NCBI GenBank assembly: GCA_015063545.1
Contig: SVTX01000002.1
Coordinates: forward strand, 3,672-67,671
DNA from: Oscillospiraceae bacterium
GTDB taxonomy: Bacteria > Bacillota > Clostridia > Oscillospirales > CAG-272
Length of the DNA stretch: 64,000 nucleotides
Direction: 5' to 3'
In this document: positions 16,653-25,281 of the stretch, piece by piece
Layout of the letters: every line of letters begins with the position of its first letter
Position numbering within the stretch: the first letter of the stretch is position 1
The notes under the pieces: model-generated
Database searches by the model: none
The model's input: only the letters and a program-made list of their open reading frames with translations
What the model was told of the DNA's origin: nothing
Position numbers and translations under genes: made by a program

Positions 16653-19061
16653 TCAGTTGTTCTGAGAATCAATGAATTTCCTGATGTTGGAAAGATTTAC
16701 TGCCTTTTCGACCTCAACACCGTTTACGGTAACAACAAGCGTGGGAGCCTGCTTTATTCCATATTTAGCTACGAGAACTTCATTTTCTTCTGCATAAACC
16801 TTTTCGTATGCAATTCCCGCCTTGTCAAGGAATACGCCTGCCATCTTACAGTTGGGGCACGTCTTTGTAGCAAAGAGATAGATCTTTGTTCCTTCCTCGG
16901 AATCACACGCGCACGCTTCCTCAACAATAGGCATTGCAATAGTTCTTACTCCGCCCGAGCCGATGTTTATTTCGGGATGAAGCTCTGTGGAACGTTCAAT
17001 GTTATATGTGCGTCTTTCCTTGAATTCCTGAGACTTACCGTCATTCCAAGCCTGAACGGGTCTGTAGTAGCCTGTTATTCTGCTGTAAACCTCAGTGGTC
17101 TTTCCGCAGTGAGGACACTTGTATACCTCACCGGAAAGATAACCGTGCTCGGTACAAATGCTGTATGTAGGCGACAGCGTGTAATAAGGCAGTCTGTAGT
17201 TTTCAGCGATCTTACGGATAAGAGTTGCAGCAGCCTTCCAGTTGGGAAGCTTTTCACCGAGGAATGCATGGAATACCGTTCCTGATGTGTAGAGTGTCTG
17301 CATCTCATCCTGAATATCAAGAGCTGCGAAGATATCCTCGGTAAAGCTTACGGGAAGATGAGAAGAGTTCGTATAGTAGGGGCTGTTACCCTTCTCGGTT
17401 GCCGTAATTATATCGGGATACTTCTTAAGGTCATGCTTTGCGAATCTGAAAGAAGTGGATTCAGCAGGTGTTGCCTCAAGGTTGTAAAGGTCGCCGTAAG
17501 CCTCCTGATAGTCGGAAAGTCTCTCTCTCATGTGGTTGAGAACATTCTTGGAGAATTCCTGAGTTTCCTTCTGAGTCATGTCAGCGCGGAGCCACTTTGC
17601 GTTGAGACCTGCCTCGTTCATACCAACAAGACCGATGGTCGAGAAGTGATTATTGAACGTGCCGAGATATCTCTTTGTATAGGGATAAAGTCCCTCGTTA
17701 AGAAGCTTTGTGATAACCGTTCTCTTCATCTTGAGAGAACGCGCGGAGATGTCCATGAGCTTATCAAGTCTCTTGTAGAACTCTTCTTCTGTCTCAGAGA
17801 GATATGCGATTCTGGGCATGTTGATGGTAACTACGCCGACAGAACCCGTGGATTCTCCCGAACCGAAGTAACCGCCAGACTTCTTACGAAGCTCACGGAG
17901 GTCAAGACGGAGACGGCAGCACATAGAACGAACGTCAGAGGGCTCCATATCCGAATTGATGTAGTTGGAGAAATAAGGAGTGCCGTACTTTGCGGTCATT
18001 TCAAAGAGAAGCTTGTTATTCTCTGTCTCAGACCAGTCAAAGTCACGTGTAATGGAATACGTAGGAATAGGATACTGGAATCCACGGCCGTTTGCGTCAC
18101 CCTCGATCATGATCTCGATGAACGCCTTGTTGACCATATCCATTTCAGCCTTACAGTCCTTATACTTGAAGTCCATTTCCTTACCGCCAACTATACAGTT
18201 GAACTCTGCAAGGTCATTCGGAACTGTCCAGTCAAGAGTGATATTCGTAAAGGGAGACTGTGTTCCCCAACGAGAAGGTGTATTTACACCGTAGATAAAG
18301 GACTGAATGCACTGTTTAACTTCTTTATAAGAAAGGTTATCTACCTTAACAAAGGGAGCAAGATATGTATCAAATGAGGAGAATGCCTGAGCGCCTGCCC
18401 ACTCGTTCTGCATGATGCCGAGGAAGTTTACCATCTGGTTGCAGAGTGTGGAAAGGTGTGCCGCGGGAGCAGATGTGATCTTACCTACAACACCGCCGAG
18501 ACCTTCCTGAATGAGCTGTTTGAGGGACCAACCTGCACAGTAGCCCGTGAGCATGGAAAGGTCGTGAATATGTATGTCCGCATTTCTGTGAGCGTTTGCT
18601 ATCTCATCGTCATATACTTCGGAGAGCCAGTAGTTAGCTGTGATCGCTCCGGAGTTTGAAAGAATAAGTCCTCCGACAGAGTAAGTCACAGTAGAGTTTT
18701 CCTTTACTCTCCAGTCAAGCTCCTTGAGGTATCCGTTAACTACCTCTTTATAGTCAAGAGCTGTGCTCTTAAGATTTCTTATCTTCTCTCTCTGACGGCG
18801 ATAAAGAATATATGCCTTTGCAACATCAGCATAGCCCGCCTGAACAAGAACGGATTCTACACTGTCCTGAATATCCTCAACGGTTATAAGTGAATTCTTT
18901 ATCTTGGGCTCAAAGTCCGCGGTTACCTTGAGTGCCAAGAAATCGATAATTTCTTGATTAAACTGCTTTTCCTGCGCCTCAAATGCCATCTTGATAGCAT
19001 CGGCGATCTTACCAATGGTAAAGTCAACGACCTTACCGTCTCTCTTTTGTACCTGATACAT
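16653..19061 (-). CDS. nrdD: Class III anaerobic ribonucleotide reductase with ATP cone and C-terminal glutaredoxin/NrdH-like domain
   Basis: ATP cone VQKRDG, SMCCRL, EATPAES, CTEH..CPHC Zn site, YSRITGYYRPV glycyl-radical motif, then CPNC and IKQAPTL. ATG 19061 follows AAGGAG. Confidence 0.95.
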   Translation of the reverse strand: MYQVQKRDGKVVDFTIGKIADAIKMAFEAQEKQFNQEIIDFLALKVTADFEPKIKNSLITVEDIQDSVESVLVQAGYADVAKAYILYRRQREKIRNLKSTALDYKEVVNGYLKELDWRVKENSTVTYSVGGLILSNSGAITANYWLSEVYDDEIANAHRNADIHIHDLSMLTGYCAGWSLKQLIQEGLGGVVGKITSAPAAHLSTLCNQMVNFLGIMQNEWAGAQAFSSFDTYLAPFVKVDNLSYKEVKQCIQSFIYGVNTPSRWGTQSPFTNITLDWTVPNDLAEFNCIVGGKEMDFKYKDCKAEMDMVNKAFIEIMIEGDANGRGFQYPIPTYSITRDFDWSETENNKLLFEMTAKYGTPYFSNYINSDMEPSDVRSMCCRLRLDLRELRKKSGGYFGSGESTGSVGVVTINMPRIAYLSETEEEFYKRLDKLMDISARSLKMKRTVITKLLNEGLYPYTKRYLGTFNNHFSTIGLVGMNEAGLNAKWLRADMTQKETQEFSKNVLNHMRERLSDYQEAYGDLYNLEATPAESTSFRFAKHDLKKYPDIITATEKGNSPYYTNSSHLPVSFTEDIFAALDIQDEMQTLYTSGTVFHAFLGEKLPNWKAAATLIRKIAENYRLPYYTLSPTYSICTEHGYLSGEVYKCPHCGKTTEVYSRITGYYRPVQAWNDGKSQEFKERRTYNIERSTELHPEINIGSGGVRTIAMPIVEEACACDSEEGTKIYLFATKTCPNCKMAGVFLDKAGIAYEKVYAEENEVLVAKYGIKQAPTLVVTVNGVEVEKAVNLSNIRKFIDSQNN

Positions 19062-19147
19062 AGGTGCTCTCCTTTTCTCTGTTGATTTTATAAAATTTTT
19101 ACTTTCAAAATGTGACAAATTTCGCCGCAAAGTGTCTATAGCGGCAG

Positions 19148-19184
19148 AAATACGGCGCATAGTTACCCCATAGCGCCGTATTTT
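19148..19184 (-). other. Stem-loop at the nrdG terminator / nrdD transcript start
   Basis: aaatacggcgc ... gcgccgtattt. Confidence 0.6.
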
Positions 19185-19185
19185 G

Positions 19186-19214
19186 ATTATACTATATATT
19201 GTGTTGCTTGTCAA
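19186..19214 (-). promoter_or_regulatory. Sigma-A promoter of nrdD
   Basis: Minus strand TTGACA(19214-09)-N17-TATAAT(19191-86). Confidence 0.8.
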
Positions 19215-19237
19215 TACCCAAACACAAGATATTGTGT
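19189..19237. promoter_or_regulatory. Tandem NrdR boxes
   Basis: ATACTATATATTGTGT (19189-204) and ACACAAGATATTGTGT (19222-37), 33 bp apart, match the acaCwAtATaTwGtgt consensus. Confidence 0.8.
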
Positions 19238-19268
19238 TTTTGGTAAAAAATAGGCATATTCTACAGTT

Positions 19269-19973
19269 TTATATACCTCTTAATTGTGCATTTGGAACGA
19301 AAGACTTTAACGTGCTAAGAAATTCTCTCATTTCTTCATCCGAAAATGCATCCATACCCCTTCCGATTATGTCGGAGGAGCTGACAAATTTTTGAAGAAA
19401 ATATTTTTCATTACCCGCAAGCCACTCTCCGATGCGAACAAAATCATCCGCCTCATGCAAGGGATCTACGACCGTAGTACGAAATTCAAAATCAATTGCG
19501 CCGGACATCAGAAACGCCGCGCTTTCTTCTATATTTGATATATCGTAACCGTCATCAAGACCGCACGTCAAAGTATATTTTTCACGACTGTTTTTGATAT
19601 CCATAGCTACATAGTCTATAAGCCCCTCATCAACAAGATGCTTAAGAATTTCCGGGCGACTTCCGTTTGTATCAAGCTTTACTGCAAATCCAAGTTTTTT
19701 TACGCTGCGTATAAAGTCTTCAAGTCCCGGCATCAGAGTCGGCTCACCGCCGCTGATACACACACCCTCAAGTATTCCCTGCCTTGTTTTTAAGTATCCT
19801 AAAATTTCTTCCGTCGAATAATACTCTGCCTCATTTGGAGCAAGCACCAAGGAAGCATTATGGCAAAATGGGCATCTGAAATTGCATCCTACCGTAAAAA
19901 GCGTACATGCCACTTTCCCGGGAAAATCCAATAAGGTAAGCTTCTGGATTCCTCCTATAACAAATGTTTTCAT
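19269..19973 (-). CDS. nrdG: Anaerobic RNR-activating radical SAM protein
   Basis: LLDFPGKVACTLFT.GCNFRCPFCHN, ISGGEPTL, VKLDTNGS and EFRTTV motifs. Adjacent to nrdD. Confidence 0.88.
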   Translation of the reverse strand: MKTFVIGGIQKLTLLDFPGKVACTLFTVGCNFRCPFCHNASLVLAPNEAEYYSTEEILGYLKTRQGILEGVCISGGEPTLMPGLEDFIRSVKKLGFAVKLDTNGSRPEILKHLVDEGLIDYVAMDIKNSREKYTLTCGLDDGYDISNIEESAAFLMSGAIDFEFRTTVVDPLHEADDFVRIGEWLAGNEKYFLQKFVSSSDIIGRGMDAFSDEEMREFLSTLKSFVPNAQLRGI

Positions 19974-19985
19974 TTTATCTCCACG

Positions 19986-20579
19986 TCAAATATAATTTCT
20001 TTGTACGGCAATAACTTTTCCCAAAATAAGCAGTTCATCAAAAAACATGGGCTGCATAGAAGGGTTTTCCGGCTGAAGTCTGTAATGACCGTTTTCTCTG
20101 AAAAATCTTTTTACGGTAGCTTCGTCCTCAATGAGAGCCACGACTATTTCTCCGCTTTCGGCATAGCAAGTCTTTTCTGCGATTATTATATCTCCGTCAA
20201 GAATGCCCGCGCCGATCATGCTTTCTCCCTTGACTCGCAACGCAAATAGATTCTCGGAAGCGATATTTCCCGCATATCCTACATAACCTTCTCTATTTTC
20301 TTCTGCAAGTATAGGCTCGCCTGCGGTAATAACCCCCAAAAGAGGAACTGCACAAATCTTAGGCATTTCTCCTACAATTTTGACAGCTCGGCTTTTTCCG
20401 TCTTCTTTGGTTATATATCCAAGAAGATCCAATCTGTTGAGATACATGTGAACTGTAGAGGTGCTCTTATATCCAAGGTCGCGGCAAATATCTCTGACAG
20501 AGGGTGCATATCCGTTTTTCTGCATTGATCTTACTATGTAATCGTATATTTTCTGTTCTTTTGGTTTAAGCTTTTCCAT
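19986..20579 (-). CDS. lexA: SOS repressor LexA
   Basis: PSVRDIC..LG..STSTVH HTH, VPLLG.ITAG.P cleavage site, V.GESM and ATVK catalytic Ser/Lys. Confidence 0.96.
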   Translation of the reverse strand: MEKLKPKEQKIYDYIVRSMQKNGYAPSVRDICRDLGYKSTSTVHMYLNRLDLLGYITKEDGKSRAVKIVGEMPKICAVPLLGVITAGEPILAEENREGYVGYAGNIASENLFALRVKGESMIGAGILDGDIIIAEKTCYAESGEIVVALIEDEATVKRFFRENGHYRLQPENPSMQPMFFDELLILGKVIAVQRNYI

Positions 20580-20605
20580 GTAGATACCCCTATTTTGTAA
20601 TTTAT

Positions 20606-20619
20606 AGAACTATTGTACC
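20606..20619. promoter_or_regulatory. Probable SOS (Cheo-like) box over the lexA -10
   Basis: AGAAC-TATT-GTACC is one mismatch from GAAC-N4-GTTC and overlaps the minus-strand TG-G-TACAAT. Confidence 0.55.
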
Positions 20620-20855
20620 ATATTTTTTTAATTTTGTCTTTGGTTATTCGACAATTTTTTTGTAAATTTTATTTTACGAAGTTAAAAAAATCCTATTTTT
20701 TTACTTCAATATGTAAAATATTAACATTCTGCAACTTTTAAAAAATTTACCTTGCAAAATATGAAAAAATATAGTACAATATATAATAGCGAAGAATTTA
20801 GAAAAATCGCATGTTTTACGTTAAAAATTTCTTATCATAAAAGGAGAAAAAGACT

Positions 20856-22649
20856 ATGACACCCACAAACAACAAGTTTGTTCTTGATTGGATCAAGGAA
20901 ATGGCTGACATGACCTGCCCCGATAAGATCGTATGGATCGACGGTACAGACGAGCAGGCAGAGGCTCTCCGTGCAGAGGCTTGCTCCACGGGCGAGATGA
21001 TAAAGCTCAACGAAGAGCTTCTTCCCAACTGCTACCTTCACAGAACCGCAGTTAACGACGTTGCTCGTGTTGAGGGCAGAACCTTTATCTGCACGTCCAA
21101 GAAGGAAGACGCCGGAAACATCAACAACTGGATGGATCCCCAGGAGTGCTACGCAAAGCTTTCAAAGCTCTATGCAGGCTCTATGAAAGGCAGAACGATG
21201 TACGTTATTCCCTATTCTATGAGTATCGTTGGCTCACCCTTTGCAAAATACGGAATTGAGCTTACAGACTCCATCTACGTCGTTCTTAACATGCTTATCA
21301 TGACTCGCGTTGGAAACAACGTGCTTGAAGCCCTCGGCGATAGCGGCGACTTTATCAAGGGCCTCCACGCAAGAGCAGATATCGATGAAGAAAACCGTTA
21401 TATATGTCACTTCCCCGAAGACAATACCATTTGGTCTGTTAACTCCGGATACGGCGGAAACGTTCTTCTCGGTAAGAAGTGCTTTGCTCTCCGTATAGCT
21501 TCCTACCTCGGACGCAAGGAAGGATGGATGGCTGAACACATGCTTATCCTCGGTGTTGAATATCCCAACGGCGAGACAAAGTACGTTTGCGCGGCATTCC
21601 CCTCTGCTTGCGGTAAGACCAACCTCGCAATGCTTATTCCCCCCGAGTATTACTCAAAGCAGGGCTACAAGGTATGGTGCGTAGGTGACGATATTGCATG
21701 GCTCCGCGTAGGCGAGGACGGCAGACTTTGGGCTGTTAACCCCGAAAACGGATTCTTCGGCGTTGCTCCCGGTACAAACGAGAAGTCTAACCCCAATGCT
21801 CTCCACACATGTCTTAAGGACACTATCTTTACAAACGTAGTTCACAACACAGAAAATAATACAGTATGGTGGGAAGGTCTCGACAACAATCCTCCCACAC
21901 CCGGTAATGCTATTGACTGGAAGGGCAATCCTTGGGACTGCACCAAGTACAATAAGAAGGATAAGTCCACATGCGGTGCTCATCCCAACTCCCGTTTCAC
22001 TGCTCTTGCAAAGAACTGTCCATGCATCTCCTCAGAGTTCAACAATCCCGCAGGCGTTCCTATCTCCGCTATCGTATTTGGTGGACGTAGAGCAAAGACA
22101 GCTCCCCTTGTATATCAGTCAACATCCTGGCAGAACGGCGCATTCGTCGGCTCTATCATGGCTTCCGAAACAACTGCAGCTGCAGCAGGCGCTGTCGGTG
22201 TAGTTCGTCGTGATCCCATGGCTATGAGACCTTTCGTTGGCTACGATATGGGTGACTACTGGGCACACTGGCTCAAGATGGGTACACTTATTCCCCACGC
22301 TCCCAAGATCTTCCACGTTAACTGGTTCCGTACCGACGACGAAGGCAACTTCATCTGGCCCGGTTTCGGTGATAACATGAGAGTTCTTATGTGGATACTC
22401 GCTCGTTGCGAAGGCAAGGTTGATGCAGAGATCACTCCCATCGGTTACATTCCTAAGGCTGAGGACATTTGCATTGAAGGTCTTGAGGACGTAACTCTTG
22501 ACACCATCAAAGAGCTTCTCACAGTCGATAAAGCATCCTGGCTTGAGGACGTTGAGAACATCAAGGCATTCTACGCGCAGGTTGGCGATCGCGTTCCCCA
22601 GACTATGTACGATGAGCTTGCAGCACTTGAGGCAAGACTTAAGGCGTAA
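20856..22649 (+). CDS. pckG: Phosphoenolpyruvate carboxykinase (GTP)
   Basis: SGYGGN.LLGKKCFALR, AEHML, FPSACGKTNLAM, GDDIAW, NPENGFFGVAPG, HPNSRF and HVNWFR motifs. Confidence 0.96.
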   Translation: MTPTNNKFVLDWIKEMADMTCPDKIVWIDGTDEQAEALRAEACSTGEMIKLNEELLPNCYLHRTAVNDVARVEGRTFICTSKKEDAGNINNWMDPQECYAKLSKLYAGSMKGRTMYVIPYSMSIVGSPFAKYGIELTDSIYVVLNMLIMTRVGNNVLEALGDSGDFIKGLHARADIDEENRYICHFPEDNTIWSVNSGYGGNVLLGKKCFALRIASYLGRKEGWMAEHMLILGVEYPNGETKYVCAAFPSACGKTNLAMLIPPEYYSKQGYKVWCVGDDIAWLRVGEDGRLWAVNPENGFFGVAPGTNEKSNPNALHTCLKDTIFTNVVHNTENNTVWWEGLDNNPPTPGNAIDWKGNPWDCTKYNKKDKSTCGAHPNSRFTALAKNCPCISSEFNNPAGVPISAIVFGGRRAKTAPLVYQSTSWQNGAFVGSIMASETTAAAAGAVGVVRRDPMAMRPFVGYDMGDYWAHWLKMGTLIPHAPKIFHVNWFRTDDEGNFIWPGFGDNMRVLMWILARCEGKVDAEITPIGYIPKAEDICIEGLEDVTLDTIKELLTVDKASWLEDVENIKAFYAQVGDRVPQTMYDELAALEARLKA

Positions 22650-22670
22650 TTTGATTTGATAGAATAGAAT

Positions 22671-22714
22671 ACGGGGGAAGGAAAACTTCTTAAAAGAGTT
22701 TTTCCTTCCCCCGT
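22671..22714. terminator. Strong hairpin after pckG (part of a probable dispersed repeat)
   Basis: acgggggaaggaaaa ... ttttccttcccccgt, a 15-bp stem. Confidence 0.75.
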
Positions 22715-22750
22715 ACACCTATCCTTTCAAGAACTTTCACAAATATGAGA

Positions 22751-22782
22751 ATAACCCCACTGAATTCTTGCAGTGGGGTTAT
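22751..22782. terminator. Second hairpin, probable tadA terminator
   Basis: ataaccccactg ... cagtggggttat. Confidence 0.75.
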
Positions 22783-22787
22783 ATATT

Positions 22788-23231
22788 TTATCTTTTATTT
22801 TCAAAAAAATCTGAAAGAATATCCCTGCACTCCTCCGCCATTACACCCGAAACTATATCGGGTTTATGGTTCAAGGGGTAGCTGTTAAGGTTTATCACGC
22901 TTCCGCACGCACCTGCCTTTGCATCCTTTGCGCCAAAAACAATTCGTTTTATTCTCGAATTTATGATCGCTCCCATACACATAGGGCAAGGTTCAAGCGT
23001 TACGTAAATCTCACAGTCTTCAAGTCGCCACGTATTAAGCTTATCACATGCTTGTCTTATTGCAATAATTTCCGCATGTCCTGTCGCGTCGTGACTTTCT
23101 TCCCTGTTGTTTCTGCCTTCGGCAATTATCTCGCCGTTTTTTACTATTACCGCGCCCACGGGAACCTCCCCCGCGTCAGAAGCAGTATGCGCCAGGCAAA
23201 GCGCGCTTTTCATATATTTTTCGTAACTCAT
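22788..23231 (-). CDS. tadA: tRNA adenosine(34) deaminase
   Basis: GEVPVGAVIV, HAEI.AI, TLEPCPMC.GAI and LSDFF...R motifs. Confidence 0.92.
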   Translation of the reverse strand: MSYEKYMKSALCLAHTASDAGEVPVGAVIVKNGEIIAEGRNNREESHDATGHAEIIAIRQACDKLNTWRLEDCEIYVTLEPCPMCMGAIINSRIKRIVFGAKDAKAGACGSVINLNSYPLNHKPDIVSGVMAEECRDILSDFFENKR

Positions 23232-23235
23232 AATC

Positions 23236-24189
23236 TTATAACAGGAACAACATCACTGCGGATGCTCCGCTTACTGCAACAAAAACTATCATGGTAGGCG
23301 TAAAGAAACCTTTTACGGCATAGCCCTTTGACAGCGGCTTATCCGTTTGATACATCCATTCTCCGTCATTAAGATGCTTCATACCATACTTTGCAAAATA
23401 ATATATAGTTGCCGCAAGTCCGATGAGCAATATAGCAAGCTCAATCGCGGCAATAATGAAAGTCGCACGAGCTTCGGACTGTGTGTATTGAATTGCGCTG
23501 AATATCACGTTAGAAAGATTATTTACGAAGTGTAATATTATACATCCCCAGATAGATCCCGATTCCAATGCCATATATGCCAAGAACATTCCAAGTATAA
23601 ACGTATAGAATATCTGCGCAGGGTTCTGATGCATCAACGCAAACAACAATGCAGATATAATCATAGCTTTAAATCTTCCAAAGCGTGTAAGGCGGTCAAG
23701 TATGAGGCCTCTGAAAAGCAATTCCTCACAAAACGCCGGAACTATTGCTATTTTGATGATATCAAGTATAAAATGGTATATTTGATAACCGTTGGGATAC
23801 TCCTCTACCATAAGTCCCGACAAGTCCACTCCTGCCAATGACATCAAAATAGAATTGATGTATGCCGCAACAAAATTCAATGCCAGACCGGAAAAAATAA
23901 GCAACGGAAGCTTGCTTGAAAACTTGAGCCTACATGGCATCTGGCGAAATGAATACTTTTTGTCAAACTTTTTATACAGAAGCATGGGAACAAAAAACAT
24001 AGCAAAATATACGACACAGTAAATTATCTGGTAGGATATATCGTATGCTTTTTCGCTTTGAAACCAAGATTTTGCGGTCTCAAGAAAAACCAATATAAGT
24101 GAGAATGCCGTAGATGCGCCCAAAAAGAACAGCATCACGGTGCCTATCCTCATATTTTGTTTTTTATATTCGGCGTTGTAATTCTCCAT
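23236..24189 (-). CDS. CPBP-family intramembrane metalloprotease
   Basis: EELLFRG, FALMH and HFVNN motifs in a multi-TM protein. Confidence 0.88.
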   Translation of the reverse strand: MENYNAEYKKQNMRIGTVMLFFLGASTAFSLILVFLETAKSWFQSEKAYDISYQIIYCVVYFAMFFVPMLLYKKFDKKYSFRQMPCRLKFSSKLPLLIFSGLALNFVAAYINSILMSLAGVDLSGLMVEEYPNGYQIYHFILDIIKIAIVPAFCEELLFRGLILDRLTRFGRFKAMIISALLFALMHQNPAQIFYTFILGMFLAYMALESGSIWGCIILHFVNNLSNVIFSAIQYTQSEARATFIIAAIELAILLIGLAATIYYFAKYGMKHLNDGEWMYQTDKPLSKGYAVKGFFTPTMIVFVAVSGASAVMLFLL

Positions 24190-24303
24190 ATTTTTTTCCT
24201 TTAACGAGTTATTTTTACCTATAGTACTACTATATCAAAAATTTATGAATTTTTCAATAGTTTTCTCTTTTTTTAGGAAAAAAACATATTACTTACGGTA
24301 ATA

Positions 24304-25143
24304 TCAGATGGTTGCGTGATACTGCTCTACTTCAAGGATGGTCTCTCCGTCTACCTGCAAAGCGCGAGGCTCATCAAATATAACAGTTATATCCCTTCCC
24401 TTATGTACAGTTACCTGTTTTTCATGTTTTACATGCGCGCCCTTAAATATACCGGGGAATATCATGAGTGTCTTTAACTTTCCGCTTCCGTGGAATACCA
24501 TGAGCGAAAGCTCACCGGAGCCTCTTTTCTGTTCGGGCGCAGGGATCATTCCGCCACCGTAGTATTTTCCGTTCATACAGGGGGCTATCCACACCTTCTT
24601 ATAATTATATTCTATGCCATCGACAATAACCTTAGCATTAACAGGCTTATAATGGAAAAGCAAGCCTTTGATCGCTATGCTTGTATAATTTACAGACTTT
24701 CCTTCTGCGTGGAGCTTGTCTCCGACTTCGCAACAATATCCGTCGATCCCGTAACCTACGCCGTTGATAAATTTATACGTATTGCCTTTAACGGTCACAC
24801 TGGGAGTATTTTCAAGGTATTCGGTAATCAGTATGGGTTCTTTTGTCTCACTCTCCGGCTTTACTTCAGCATAAAAATCATTTCCTGTGCCCGAGGGATA
24901 GTAATATATGGGGCATTTTTTTGATACGTCATATGTATCGTTGACAAATCTATTCAGTGTGCCGTCGCCACCGAATATTATGATTTCATCATCTTCGTTA
25001 ATACCTTCGAAAAAATCTGCATAGCTGCTGATTTCGGTAATATCCATGATTTCGTAAGATTCGGCTTGGTCAGATAAATAACTTGCGGCCAAGGTTTTAC
25101 CCGCACCACCGCCGGAGTATGGGTTGTAAAGAACAAATTTCAT
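24304..25143 (-). CDS. Diacylglycerol-kinase-family lipid kinase
   Basis: YNPYSGGG, GGDGT, PSGTGNDF, NGKYYGGG and QVDGE motifs. Confidence 0.88.
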   Translation of the reverse strand: MKFVLYNPYSGGGAGKTLAASYLSDQAESYEIMDITEISSYADFFEGINEDDEIIIFGGDGTLNRFVNDTYDVSKKCPIYYYPSGTGNDFYAEVKPESETKEPILITEYLENTPSVTVKGNTYKFINGVGYGIDGYCCEVGDKLHAEGKSVNYTSIAIKGLLFHYKPVNAKVIVDGIEYNYKKVWIAPCMNGKYYGGGMIPAPEQKRGSGELSLMVFHGSGKLKTLMIFPGIFKGAHVKHEKQVTVHKGRDITVIFDEPRALQVDGETILEVEQYHATI

Positions 25144-25234
25144 ATAAATGTCTCCTTTTTACTTTAATGTCCGTAAAAACAAATTGCACCTTATATACGA
25201 TTATACCTAATAATGTAAACTGAATTTTAAGTAG

Positions 25235-25266
25235 AAAAAGCGCGCACAAAATTGCGCGCGCTTTTT
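25235..25266 (-). terminator. Terminator of rpsB-tsf
   Basis: aaaaagcgcg ... cgcgcttttt. Confidence 0.75.
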
Positions 25267-25281
25267 ATTATTTACTATTTA

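Noticed and set aside
12240-16890. Selenocysteine recoding in the redox genes
   Set aside because: All redox motifs (WCGPC, CPC/CMC/CHC, CAVC, CPNC) are encoded as ordinary Cys in uninterrupted frames, with no in-frame TGA.
17358-18377. 339-aa antisense ORF over nrdD (similar ORFs at 10257-10973, 25252-26238, 26199-26978, 49847-51076, 59399-60370)
   Set aside because: Each lies opposite a well-supported gene, has no RBS or recognisable motif, and is explained by codon bias leaving the antisense frame free of stops.
19062-19214. 51-aa N-terminal extension of NrdD in the ORF track (similar extensions at 3160, 8424, 8445, 11021, 12605, 38981, 39472, 39779, 62998)
   Set aside because: The upstream start codons fall inside promoter elements or lack an RBS, while downstream ATGs have good RBSs and match family N-termini.
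23236-24189. CPBP/Abi protein next to a deaminase as an anti-phage system
   Set aside because: The deaminase has ordinary TadA motifs and size, CPBP proteases are common housekeeping membrane proteins, and no defence-island context is present.
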